Shown in pieces: positions 1 to 9,356 of a stretch of 64,000 nucleotides of DNA; position 1 is the first letter of the stretch; each line of letters begins with the position of its first letter. The position numbers were made by a program, and so were the translations under genes. This DNA comes from Acidobacteriota bacterium. Its GTDB lineage: Bacteria > Acidobacteriota > UBA6911 > RPQK01 > JAJDTT01. Below the pieces are notes generated by a model, which made no database searches, was not told the origin of the DNA, and saw nothing but the letters and a program-made list of their open reading frames with translations. The stretch covers positions 5,184,001 to 5,248,000 of the forward strand of contig OZ253580.1 of assembly GCA_965263035.1 (NCBI GenBank), in the 5' to 3' direction.

Positions 1-72
1 TTCCAGGGCGCCCGGCATCTTCAGATCCGCAAGCTGGGCGGCGATGCGCTCTCGGCGGGAGGGGATGTTCAC
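1..72 (-). CDS. istB: IS21 helper ATPase IstB, N-terminus (runs off window)
   Basis: GTG start overlaps the istA stop (GTGA at 69-72); reads VNIPSRRERIAAQLADLKMPGALE, a typical IstB N-terminus. Confidence 0.75.
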   Translation of the reverse strand, partial: MNIPSRRERIAAQLADLKMPGALE

Positions 73-1111
73 GCCACACCTCCCGTGAGCCGGGCATACT
101 CGGTCAAGGGACGGCGCTCGACATCGATGATCCTGGACCCGGACGGCACCGTTGCCTCGGGGCTCTCAGGGACTGGAGATGGGATGACGACAGACCGGTA
201 AGGCCAAGACGCCAAGGGGGTTAAGATACTCACGCTCCCGCTCGAACCGGTCCACGGGCCGTTCCTTGAGCGTCCCGTGGTTCCGGACGTTGGCCTCCGC
301 TTCCCGCCACTCCCGAGCCCGGGCGTTGAGATCGGCGTCCGACACGAAGTCTCGGCCATAGAAGAAACTCTCCCGAATGTAGCGGATCGGCCGCTCCACC
401 TTCCCTTTCGTCTGAGCTCGATAGGGTCGGCAGGCCCGCACCCGAAAGCCGAGAGTGGCGGCTGAAGCGAACGAACTCCCGGTTCTCGATCAACCGTCCG
501 CCCTCCTCCCGCCCGTCCCGGACGATGACCGACTTCATCTGGTCGAACAGAAGTTCCCCAGGGACGCCGCCGAAGTAGTCAAACGATGCCTCCAAGCCCC
601 GCATCACCACCGGCATCGTCTGGCGCTCGTAGTAGCGGAACCACATCAACCGGGAGTAGCCCAGCACCACGATGAGCGCGTACCGCTTTCCCCACGGCAA
701 CCGGAAGTCCGCGAAGTCCACGGAGGGCTGGTGGCCCGGAGCTGTCTCGAACCGCTGGACCGGCTCCTCGGGAGCCCGCGGCCGCGCTTGGCACACATAG
801 CGCTTCACTTGACCGTAGCCGCCGCCATAGCCGGCCTTCCGCACCTCTCGGTACAGCCGCGTCGCCGTCAACTTCGGATACTCGGCCAGACGAGCATCGA
901 TGATCGCCTTGTACGGATCCAGCTTCGACCGCCCCGGCCCTCTCGGTCCGTACTGCACCGGCTCCTCCTGGCCTCCCCGATGCAACTGTCCCTTCTGGAT
1001 CCAGTAGTAGACCGTCCGCCGGCTGACTCCCAGCTGCCGCGCGATCGCGGCCTTGCTCATTCCTTGTTCCAGATAGTGTCGCAATAGCACCCTCTTGTCG
1101 CTCCCAAACAT
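69..1111 (-). pseudogene. istA: IS21 family transposase IstA with two frameshifts
   Basis: HTH N-terminus, RFETAPG..VDF, LGYSR and GGVP..LLFDQMK motifs in one frame; CRPYRAQTKGKVERPIRYIR in a second frame (shift ~455); C-terminus in a third frame (shift in a C-run ~220). Confidence 0.88.
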
Positions 1112-1273
1112 AGCGTCTCCTCCTCCTGGTAGAGACGCTACGTAACAGAATCCCGCCCTCTCGGCGAACCTCTCGAGATCTTCCTTGTGGCTCCCCCCTA
1201 AGAGCCTCTTCAGGAACCAAAAGTGTGCAATATTCCATGGCCACATCTGTGCAATTTTCCATGGCCGCCAACA

Positions 1274-1638
1274 TCTCAAGGGTGAGAGCCTTTGAGAAGT
1301 CAGCAGAGGTCATAGTAGCGAAGAAGCCGGATAATGCCGGTGGAGCGAAGGACCGAAGGAGTCGGACTGGCCCTATGGTGGACTCGTCAGCGGGATCGCA
1401 ACTACCTCCGGAAACGGGGCGGGGGGAGGCCCCTCGGACCCGGCACGGAAGGCCCAAGGGTGGAACCCGTCAAGCCGGAAGGGCGGAGATCAAGTCCCAG
1501 CGGCGGCGGAAACCGGAAAGAAAGGCCCTGTACGAGGCTCGAAAGAGCCTCGAGTGACTCCAACCGCCGGATACTGAAAACGGTACGTCCGGTGGTGTGG
1601 TCGAGTGCAGGGGCGCAATCCCCTGCACTCGACCCGAT
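1274..1638 (+). ncRNA. Group II intron RNA, 3' part (IIC-like), lacking a reverse transcriptase ORF
   Basis: AAGTCAGCAGAGGTCATAGTA (3' side of DI); DII/DIII-like GAAGCCGGATAATGCCGGTGGAGCGAAGG; short DV with CGC triad AACCGCCGGATACTGAAAACGGTACGTCCGGTGGT (1562-1596); DVI hairpin GTCGAGTGCAGGGG/CCCCTGCACTCGAC; 3' end CCCGAT. Confidence 0.82.
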
Positions 1639-1687
1639 CACGCCGCCGCTCCACGCCGCCGCTCTACGTTACTTTCTTTGGAATTCT

Positions 1688-3439
1688 TCATTTCTTGTTG
1701 CGGATCGATTCCTGCATCCGCTTCCCGAAGTCTTCCAGCCCGCCTGCGGGGTTGGACTGGTGGCGGGGGTGTGGGGGAACCCCGGTCGCCGGCTCGTTGG
1801 AGTCGCGGCCCCAGTGACCGGAACGGTGAGTGATCACGTCCAGCCAACGAGCGTTGGCTTGGCGCCGGGCCAGCTCGCCGTCCGGGTCCGGCAGCGTGTA
1901 GGTGTAGGAATAGAGCTTGGCTCGGGTCAGATACAACTTGAGGCAGACGCCGCCGTACTGTTCGACGCTCAGTTCGTAGGGGGACCGGCCACTCTTCCAG
2001 GTCAGCTTCTGGGCGGTTCCGTCGGACGTCAGCGGGACCGAATCCGCCCGGGTGAAGTCCCGGATCGGTTCTCCATAGGGCGTGACCAGCTCCGCCTCGA
2101 TGGAGCCCCCCTCGGCGTCGGCATTCACCAGGATCTCGTAGGCGGGACCCCACGGTTTGGTCATCAGCCACCCCTCCTCCTCCCCGGCGTCCAGCGAAAT
2201 CCAGTGATCCTCGGGCATGCGCGCCACCATCAGGACGGCCACGTCCCGGGTCCCCTTCGACAGGTCGTAGGAGAGCCAGTCCCACCAGGTGTGGTTCAGG
2301 CGGCTGGCCGTGTAGTAGATCCAGGTCTCGCCGTCCCGCACGATGGGGTTCTCGGCCGGATAGAGCATGCCGCCGTCCTGGGCGCCCGGCTTCCCTACCG
2401 GAACCACCGGCGAGCGGTCGTCGGGCCGGTGCCATGCCCTCCCGTCGCGGCTGTAGGCCAGGGAGATCTCCAACTGTCCCACCTTGCCCTTGGGGTAGCC
2501 GGGCGGCTTGTGGTACGCCCCGTAAGTGGGAGCGAAGGGATGGACGTAGTAGGGGTTGATGATGCCCAGGAAGAAGTTCTCGTAGCGGAACACGGGCATG
2601 TCATAGATGTTGTACAGCTCGGGCGGGTCCAGCTCGTCGCCGGCCACCAGCACCCGCCCCTTGTCTTCCCAATTCACCAGATCGTAGCTCTCGTACTGGG
2701 AGATGTCCCGCGGCGCGTTGGGCACCCGCCGGGTCATCAGCACGTACTTGCGGCGGTCGGGATCGTAAAACAGCGTGCAGTTGTCGTCGCTGATGCCCCG
2801 TAGCACCGGATTGACGTGGCGGGGGCGTTTCCACTGCAGGCCGTCGTGAGAATAGGCCAGATTCATAGCCGAGTGGTGCCCGGCCCAGAGGGACTCTTCT
2901 CCGAAGGTGTTGAAGATCATCTTGTAGCGGCGGGCGGCGATATCGCTGGGATCCTTGATGATGCTGTAGACGAACTGCCGCTTGAAGGAAACGACCATGT
3001 TGTGCTCGCGGGAGCCGTTCACCTCCACCAGTCCCAGGATCGGTTTCTCCCAGTTAAGGCCGTCCCGGCTGACGGCGTAGGCCATCCCCCGCGGACCGTC
3101 GGCCGTGTTTCCCTTCCAGCGCATGAGCGTGTACCACATCTTGAAGATCTGCTCTTCCTCGTCGTACATCACCGAAACGTAGTTGAGCATGTCCCGGTCC
3201 GTCTCCCACGGGGCGTCCAGCCGGAGCACCGGATTCGGGTGCTTGACCGCCTGGTTCACCTTGCGGTGCAGGCTGTGGCGCTCCAACAGGGGCTCGTCGT
3301 CAAGGAGGAGAAACTTGTACCGGGCCAGCTGCCGGTCCTGGCTCGCACTCGTTTCGGCGGCGGTCGTGTGCCCGCAGAGCAACGCGGCTGAGACCAGAAG
3401 CGGAAGCACTCCCCGGCGGTTACGAAAGGATGGAATCAT
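1688..3439 (-). CDS. Secreted five-bladed beta-propeller glycoside hydrolase-like protein
   Basis: Signal peptide; repeated Asp-box-like motifs SRDGLNW, SHDGLQW, SYDLVNW, SRDGRAW. Confidence 0.72.
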   Translation of the reverse strand: MIPSFRNRRGVLPLLVSAALLCGHTTAAETSASQDRQLARYKFLLLDDEPLLERHSLHRKVNQAVKHPNPVLRLDAPWETDRDMLNYVSVMYDEEEQIFKMWYTLMRWKGNTADGPRGMAYAVSRDGLNWEKPILGLVEVNGSREHNMVVSFKRQFVYSIIKDPSDIAARRYKMIFNTFGEESLWAGHHSAMNLAYSHDGLQWKRPRHVNPVLRGISDDNCTLFYDPDRRKYVLMTRRVPNAPRDISQYESYDLVNWEDKGRVLVAGDELDPPELYNIYDMPVFRYENFFLGIINPYYVHPFAPTYGAYHKPPGYPKGKVGQLEISLAYSRDGRAWHRPDDRSPVVPVGKPGAQDGGMLYPAENPIVRDGETWIYYTASRLNHTWWDWLSYDLSKGTRDVAVLMVARMPEDHWISLDAGEEEGWLMTKPWGPAYEILVNADAEGGSIEAELVTPYGEPIRDFTRADSVPLTSDGTAQKLTWKSGRSPYELSVEQYGGVCLKLYLTRAKLYSYTYTLPDPDGELARRQANARWLDVITHRSGHWGRDSNEPATGVPPHPRHQSNPAGGLEDFGKRMQESIRNKK

Positions 3440-3481
3440 GAAGTCGTTCTCCTGTGTTCTCTCCGGAACCGAAAGGTCAAA

Positions 3482-6400
3482 CTAGAAATAGAACTTCAAA
3501 GCCAACTGGATCTGCCGCGCGTCCAGGGTCCGGGCCAGGACACCGAAGCCGCTGGTCCCGTACTGGAGGGTCTGCTGTCTGGCGTTGACGACGAAGTTGG
3601 ACCGGTTGGTGGCATTGAAGGCCTCCACTCTGGCCTCCAGCCGTTGATTCTCGGCCAGACGGAAGGTCCGGCGCAGCGAGATGTCCAGGTTGAAGAGACC
3701 GGGGGCCTCCACGGCCCCTCGGCCGGAGTTTCCATATTCGAACGGAGGCGGCAACGCGAAGGCCTCGGTGTCGAACCAACGGACAGGAGTCCGTTCATGG
3801 AGAGGCAGATTGGCGTCCCGAATCCGGTCCGGCCACTGAGAAGCTTCCGACCCGGCGTCCAGCGGGTCTCCGGGCAGAGTCACGGTGCGCCAGCCGCCGT
3901 CCTGCAGATTGGAAATGGCCCGGATCGACCACCCTTCCAGCAACCGCGAAGCCAAGCCGCTCTGGAGCAGCGCTCTATTGGGACCGAAGGGCAGGTCGAA
4001 ACCGCCCGAGAGCATCAGACGCAACGGAATATGGAAGTCGGCCACTCCCCGGGTCGCCTCGATGGGAAGGTTGCGGGATCGGTAGATTCGACGGGATGCG
4101 TAACCCGTGGTTCCCCCTCCGGTCTGAATCAGGCGGGACCAGCTCAGCGAAGCCAGCAGGTACAGACCATCGGCGCCCGCGGCCTTTTCCACCTGAAAGT
4201 GCATGCCCTGATACCAGGATTCTGCATCCGCAAGCGGAAAATAGACCGCTTGGAGGTGAGGCCAGGGTCGACGGAGTTGCCGGTCCCCGGTCCCCGGGGT
4301 GGCGTCATTCAGGGAAACCGTCTCCAACTGCCGAGTCGAACGGGAACCGTGGTACCCGGTGTCCAACAGCCAATGGGAGGAGATCTCGTGCTGGAGGCTG
4401 AGGCCCCAGGAATGGGTCCGGGGCAAGGGCAGGGGAGACTGGAATCCGTAGTGGTCGGGAACGGCCGCGTGCCGGTCTTCCTGAGGAAACGGGTTCGCGA
4501 AGCGCAGCGACGGCGTCTCCAGGGCGCTGTTGAAGATGAGCCGCTCGGCTCCGGGGCGGGGATTCCGGCTCAATCGGAGCACCATGTTCAGATCCGGCTC
4601 GTTGGAGTGGAGGCCGTATCCGGTGCGCAGCACGGTCTTTTCCGCCAACCGTAGCGACAGGCCCAGACGCGGCAGGATACCGCCCAGCCGGTTCCATCGG
4701 ATCAGGGGATAGTTGGGTTGGAAGCGGCCGGTTTCCCACGGTTTCAAGTCCAGGTCGAGCAGCCCCGGGACAGTCATTGCTGTCACCGGATCCAGGTTCG
4801 ACATGAAGCCTCGCTTGTCCCTCCAGGCCAGCCGCAGCTCGTAGCGCAGCCCCAGGTTCAGGGTGAGCCGGGGCGTGGCCTTCCAGGTGTCCTGGATATA
4901 GAAGTAGAAGCTGTCCTGGTGGAATCGGCCCCGGGAACCCTCGCCGCCCAGCCGGCTCTGGGACAGGTAACCCAGAAGAAAATCGGCGAAACCGTTGCCC
5001 GTATACCGGTCGAAGAAGTTGAAGCGGCTGCGGCGGGAGGTCACGTACAGGTTGTAGTGCCGGCGGAAGTGGATGCCGGTCTTCAGGGCGTGGTCTCCTT
5101 CCACCAGGGTCAGATCCTTCTTTCCTTGCCAGTTCCCCAGACTGCTGGGGCCGAGAAAAGAGTAGTCGCCGATTCTGGTGTAGCCTTGGATCTCGACTAT
5201 CGGAACTCCGATCCGATCCACTTCGCTGAGGAGAAGTTCCGGAATTCCCAGATCGAGCTTCACCGAACGGGGGGACACCACGGAATCGTAGGGCCGGCGG
5301 AACCAATGGAGGCTGGCCGCGGATTGAACCCTCGGGCTCAGGCTTCGCGTGTAGGAGAGGGACTGCCCCAACGTGGCCAGGGGGTGACGGGTGGAGAAGA
5401 CGCTGATGGGCTGGGTCGAGGTCCATTCGGTGGAGTCCCAGACGAAGCGGCCGGCCCACCGGCTCACCTCCGATGTTTTCAGATCGATGCGCGCGATGAT
5501 CTGCGGATTGTCCAGGGGACTGTGGGAGTCCGGACTGGTGTAATTCAGTCCCCCGAGAGTGTTGGGTGCGGGCCAATAACGGAGGAGTTTCGAGGAGACG
5601 GGATCCAGCCGATGCGGCGGGATTCGGTTCTCGGGGAAAAAGTCGCCCGTCAGGGGGTCGCGGATGGGGGCGGCAAACCGGCCCGCCTTCTCCTCGGGAG
5701 TCGGGACCACGCCGGTGAGAGGCTTGGTCTCGCGGATCGACCGCATTTGATAGGAGATGAAGAACCAGACCCGGTCCCTTCCATTCAGCAGGCCGGGCAG
5801 ATAAAGGGGGCCTCCCAGGGTGGCCCCCAGTTGGTTGCGCTTGAACTCCGCCTTCCGCTGCTCGAAGAAGTTGCGCGCGTCCAGATTGTCGTTCCGGTGA
5901 AACCAGAACCAGCCGCCGTGGAATTCATTGGTGCCGCTCTTGGTGACCGCCACGATCTGCCCCCCGGGACGGATGCCGTACTCGGCGGAATAGAGTCCGG
6001 TCTTGACGTCGAATTCTCTCAGGGCATCGGTGCTGGCGTGGAACGAGGGAGTTCCGTCCCCGTGTGTGAAGAGGGTACCGTCGATGAAGGTCAGGTTGTC
6101 CTTGCGCCGCATGCCCAGCACCTTGACGCTGCGGCCGCGGCTCTCGTGGCTGGGGGCGGCACCCGCGGCGAGGCTGACCAACTGTCCCAGGTCCCGGGTG
6201 TTGATCGGCATGCTCTCCAGCTTTTCCTGATCGATCAGCTGACCCCGATCCTCCCGGCCGGTCCCCGCCAGCACCGGGCCGCTCCGGGTCGAATGCCTGA
6301 TCCCCGGATCGCCACGGAGAAGAAGAAAGTTCTCCTCCCGGATCTGTTCCACCAGCAATTTAACGTGGGTCCGGACCTGGGTTCCGTGACCGGTCAGCGA

Positions 6401-6736
6401 CGCCGTAATTTCGTATTGGCCGGGAGGCAGACCGCCTCTCCGGTAGTTTCCGTTGGTATTGGTGAGCAGCAGGAAGACCTCGTTGGTGTCGACCCGGTGG
6501 ATCGCTACCTCGACTCCGGACGCTGCTTCGCCGCTCTCCGTCCGGACGTAGCCCACGAGGGTCCCGGCGCCAATCTGGGCCAGCGGCTCGGCGGGACTCC
6601 AGAACAGGAAGCCAGCCAGGAGGACCGAGATCCGGAGATGCTGTCCATGCCGGCGGGAGAACGTCGTTTTACACGGGATACGGTGTGGGGACCACATTGG
6701 GGGAACTATCCATCGGCCGCAGCATTCGCCCGGCAC
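3482..6736 (-). CDS. TonB-dependent receptor (Oar-like, carboxypeptidase regulatory-like N-domain)
   Basis: YSAEYG..GG...TKSGTNEFHG, LNLGLRYE and C-terminal RQIQLALKFYF; true start probably slightly downstream. Confidence 0.9.
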   Translation of the reverse strand: MPGECCGRWIVPPMWSPHRIPCKTTFSRRHGQHLRISVLLAGFLFWSPAEPLAQIGAGTLVGYVRTESGEAASGVEVAIHRVDTNEVFLLLTNTNGNYRRGGLPPGQYEITASLTGHGTQVRTHVKLLVEQIREENFLLLRGDPGIRHSTRSGPVLAGTGREDRGQLIDQEKLESMPINTRDLGQLVSLAAGAAPSHESRGRSVKVLGMRRKDNLTFIDGTLFTHGDGTPSFHASTDALREFDVKTGLYSAEYGIRPGGQIVAVTKSGTNEFHGGWFWFHRNDNLDARNFFEQRKAEFKRNQLGATLGGPLYLPGLLNGRDRVWFFISYQMRSIRETKPLTGVVPTPEEKAGRFAAPIRDPLTGDFFPENRIPPHRLDPVSSKLLRYWPAPNTLGGLNYTSPDSHSPLDNPQIIARIDLKTSEVSRWAGRFVWDSTEWTSTQPISVFSTRHPLATLGQSLSYTRSLSPRVQSAASLHWFRRPYDSVVSPRSVKLDLGIPELLLSEVDRIGVPIVEIQGYTRIGDYSFLGPSSLGNWQGKKDLTLVEGDHALKTGIHFRRHYNLYVTSRRSRFNFFDRYTGNGFADFLLGYLSQSRLGGEGSRGRFHQDSFYFYIQDTWKATPRLTLNLGLRYELRLAWRDKRGFMSNLDPVTAMTVPGLLDLDLKPWETGRFQPNYPLIRWNRLGGILPRLGLSLRLAEKTVLRTGYGLHSNEPDLNMVLRLSRNPRPGAERLIFNSALETPSLRFANPFPQEDRHAAVPDHYGFQSPLPLPRTHSWGLSLQHEISSHWLLDTGYHGSRSTRQLETVSLNDATPGTGDRQLRRPWPHLQAVYFPLADAESWYQGMHFQVEKAAGADGLYLLASLSWSRLIQTGGGTTGYASRRIYRSRNLPIEATRGVADFHIPLRLMLSGGFDLPFGPNRALLQSGLASRLLEGWSIRAISNLQDGGWRTVTLPGDPLDAGSEASQWPDRIRDANLPLHERTPVRWFDTEAFALPPPFEYGNSGRGAVEAPGLFNLDISLRRTFRLAENQRLEARVEAFNATNRSNFVVNARQQTLQYGTSGFGVLARTLDARQIQLALKFYF

Positions 6737-6821
6737 CGCGCGCCACGGGACGACAGCGCTCGAAAACCGGGGGTCAGTTTAACATGCAGGGGGTGCCGTC
6801 CCCGCTCGGAACGGTCACTAT

Positions 6822-8195
6822 TCAGACAAAAAGATGATCCAGGATGAGATCGTGGACGCCCGCGGCGGGAATCTCGCCTTGGGGCACGAGACCCGGTTCC
6901 GTACTCAGGAACACGGGGCCCAGGTCGGGGTCCTCCGTCGGTCTTCCGTGGGAACCTTTGACCAGATCGGCGTCCAAGGGAATGACGTCCATGAGATATC
7001 GGAATCCCAGCACCTTCTGCATCAGTCGCAACCCCACCCTCAGGGCCGGGATCCGGATTCCCGGATCCACGAAAAGTTCGGCGGGATCGTAGCCCGGCTT
7101 CCGGTGGATATCCACGGTGCGGGCGAAATCGGGAGCCACCGAGTCGTCCAGCCAATAGTAGTAGGAGAACCACTTGTCGGCCTGACTGACGGCGACCAGA
7201 TCCCCCGAACGGGGATGATCGAGTCCCAGCTCCCGCTGATCCCGGCGGTCCAGGACCTGCTCGATGCCCGGAATGTTTTCCAGCAGCGTTCGGACTTGGG
7301 ATCGGTGAGACGGGTCCTGGACATAGACATGGGCGATCTGGTGGTCCGAAACGGCAAAAGCAGGGCTGGCGCCCGGATCCAGGATCTCCAGGCCCAGTTC
7401 CGGCCGGACTCGAATCCACCCCGCTTCCCGCAGGGCCCGGTTGATGTGGATGGCGCCGTCCACCGCGGTGACCCCGTACTCGGAGAGCACGATGACCCGA
7501 GTGTCCCGTTCCCGGAAGTAGTCCAGCAATTGGCCGCACACGGCGTCGATCTGCCGGATGTCCCGCCCGATATCAGGCTGTCCGGGACCCAGCCGTTGCA
7601 GGTTGTAATCCAAATGCGGCAGGTAGATGAGGGTCAGGGTCGGCCGGTGCCAGTCCCAGATGCGGCGCCCCGCCTGGGCGATCCATTGGCTGGAGGCGAT
7701 GCCGGCGCGGGGACCCCAGAAGTCGAAGAAAGGGAAGGGACTGATATCTTTCTCCAGCCGCTCGGCCAGGCCGGCGGGGTGGGAGTAGATGGCCGGGATC
7801 TTCCTTCCGTCGGCCGGATACATGGGGCGTGGGGTCACGCTCAGGTCGGCGCTGCTGTACATGTTGTGCCACCAGAAGAGCTTGGCGCAGGTGACGCGCG
7901 CGTCACGCCGGCGGGCGCTTTCCCAGACCTTCTCTCCCGAAACCAGGTGGTTGGACTGGCGCCAGAACCAGACCTGGGCCAGATCGCGAAAGTACCAACC
8001 GTTTCCCACGACGCCGTGACCGGAGGGCGGCAGGCCGGTGAGGAAGGTGCTCTGGACGGTGGAGGTGACGGCGGGAGTCACCGTGCGAAGAGGCCGGACG
8101 GAGCCGTTGCGAGCCAGGACGTTCAAATTGGGGGTGTCCGGACCCAGGAGGGCCGGGGTGAGTCCGACGACGTTGATGACCGCGGTATGGTGCAC
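6822..8195 (-). CDS. eboF: Alkaline phosphatase/nucleotide pyrophosphatase family protein (EboF-like)
   Basis: VINVVGL, PAVT..VQ...LTG, HGVVGNGWYFRD, YLPHLDY, SEYG, DIHRKPGYDP and KGSHGR motifs; ebo gene neighbours. Confidence 0.85.
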   Translation of the reverse strand: MHHTAVINVVGLTPALLGPDTPNLNVLARNGSVRPLRTVTPAVTSTVQSTFLTGLPPSGHGVVGNGWYFRDLAQVWFWRQSNHLVSGEKVWESARRRDARVTCAKLFWWHNMYSSADLSVTPRPMYPADGRKIPAIYSHPAGLAERLEKDISPFPFFDFWGPRAGIASSQWIAQAGRRIWDWHRPTLTLIYLPHLDYNLQRLGPGQPDIGRDIRQIDAVCGQLLDYFRERDTRVIVLSEYGVTAVDGAIHINRALREAGWIRVRPELGLEILDPGASPAFAVSDHQIAHVYVQDPSHRSQVRTLLENIPGIEQVLDRRDQRELGLDHPRSGDLVAVSQADKWFSYYYWLDDSVAPDFARTVDIHRKPGYDPAELFVDPGIRIPALRVGLRLMQKVLGFRYLMDVIPLDADLVKGSHGRPTEDPDLGPVFLSTEPGLVPQGEIPAAGVHDLILDHLFV

Positions 8196-8201
8196 GGGGA
8201 G

Positions 8202-9290
8202 CTAGTGTGGTGTCCTGGAAATACGAGTAGATAATCGTGCTAGCTTGTCCAGGATGGATTGGGCTGTGGCGGCCCACACGAAGGGTTTCGCCTCTTGGTT
8301 GTATCGATGGGTGAATTCCTCAATCGTCTTCACCAAGTGTCTCACGTTGCGGAACGAGGTGCGCTTGATCGCTCGCTGTGTGATCAAACCGAACCAGCGC
8401 TCCACTTGGTTGAGCCAGGAGGCGTAGGTGGGGGTGAAGTGTAAGTGGTAGCGTGGCCGCTTGGCAATCCAGGCCCGGACCCGTGGATGCTTGTGCGTGG
8501 CATAGTTGTCGACGACCAAGTGGAGGTCCAGATCGGGCGGCACTTCCCGGTCGATCAACCTCAGAAAGGCCAGGAAGTCCTGGTGGCGGTGGCGCTTCTT
8601 GCATTGAGCGATCACGCGACCCGTGGCGGCATCCAGGGCCGCGAAAAGGGTGGTGGTGCCGTGGCGGATGTAATCGTGCGTATATCCTTGAACGTACCCG
8701 AGACCCAGGGGCAGGGCCCGTTGGGTCCGGTCCAGGGCCTGGATTTGAGACTTCTCGTCGACGCACAGCACCATGGCGTGGTCGGGGGGATGGAGGTAAA
8801 GTCCCACGATATCTCGGACCTTCTCGATGAAGAAGGGGTCGTTGGAGAGCTTGAAGGTCTGGGCCAGATGAGGCTTGATGCCAAAAAGCGAGAACCAGCG
8901 CTGCACGGTGGTCTTGGAGACGCCCTCGGCGGCGCCCATCAAGCGCACGCTCCAGTTCTCGGCGTTGGCCGGCTTCTGCTGCAGAGCGCGGCTGATCACC
9001 TGGGCGACCTTCTCGTCGTCGTAGCTGCGGGGACGACCGGGACGAAGCTCGTCATGCAAGCCCTGAACGCCGAGTTCGAGGAAGCGTCGACGCCACTTGC
9101 CGACGGCTTGGGGCGAAGCCCCGACCCGTTCGGCCACTGCCCGGTTGGTGAGGCCCTCGGCACTGGCCAGGATCATGCGGGCTCGCAGGACCAAGCCGTG
9201 AGGCAGACTGGTGGAACGGGCGACTCCCTGGAGTTGATGTCGCTGCTCGTCGCTGAGTACCAAGGGGGGAAGTTTGCGTCCGCGGGGCAT
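8202..9290 (-). CDS. IS630 family transposase, intact
   Basis: HTH plus VDEKSQIQAL, YIRHGTTTLFAAL, DNYATH and SWLNQVERWF motifs. Confidence 0.95.
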   Translation of the reverse strand: MPRGRKLPPLVLSDEQRHQLQGVARSTSLPHGLVLRARMILASAEGLTNRAVAERVGASPQAVGKWRRRFLELGVQGLHDELRPGRPRSYDDEKVAQVISRALQQKPANAENWSVRLMGAAEGVSKTTVQRWFSLFGIKPHLAQTFKLSNDPFFIEKVRDIVGLYLHPPDHAMVLCVDEKSQIQALDRTQRALPLGLGYVQGYTHDYIRHGTTTLFAALDAATGRVIAQCKKRHRHQDFLAFLRLIDREVPPDLDLHLVVDNYATHKHPRVRAWIAKRPRYHLHFTPTYASWLNQVERWFGLITQRAIKRTSFRNVRHLVKTIEEFTHRYNQEAKPFVWAATAQSILDKLARLSTRISRTPH

Positions 9291-9356
9291 AGGCAGTCTC
9301 CTTTCTGAATGAGGAACCGCCTATTATTATACACGAACTAACGGGACACTACACTA
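8203..9356 (-). mobile_element. IS630 element inserted at a CTAG/TA site
   Basis: Terminal inverted repeats CTAGTGTGGTGTCC and GGACACTACACTAG; CTAG present at both ends. Confidence 0.9.

Larger units (their letters stand above)
1..1273 (-). mobile_element. IS21 family element (left end and istA; partial)
   Basis: istA-istB layout; terminus reads TGTTGGCGG on the minus strand from 1273, with two tandem 24-bp subterminal repeats (TGTGCAAwwTTCCATGGCC) at 1221-1268. Confidence 0.85.

Noticed and set aside
1221-1268. Two 24-bp direct repeats (possible mini-CRISPR)
   Set aside because: No spacers; they are the subterminal repeats of the IS21 end
1639-1664. CACGCCGCCGCTC tandem duplication after the intron 3' end
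   Set aside because: Only two 13-bp copies; no function can be supported
1334-2803. 489-aa plus-strand ORF starting inside the intron
   Set aside because: No RT motifs (no YADD); it is the antisense shadow of the propeller gene
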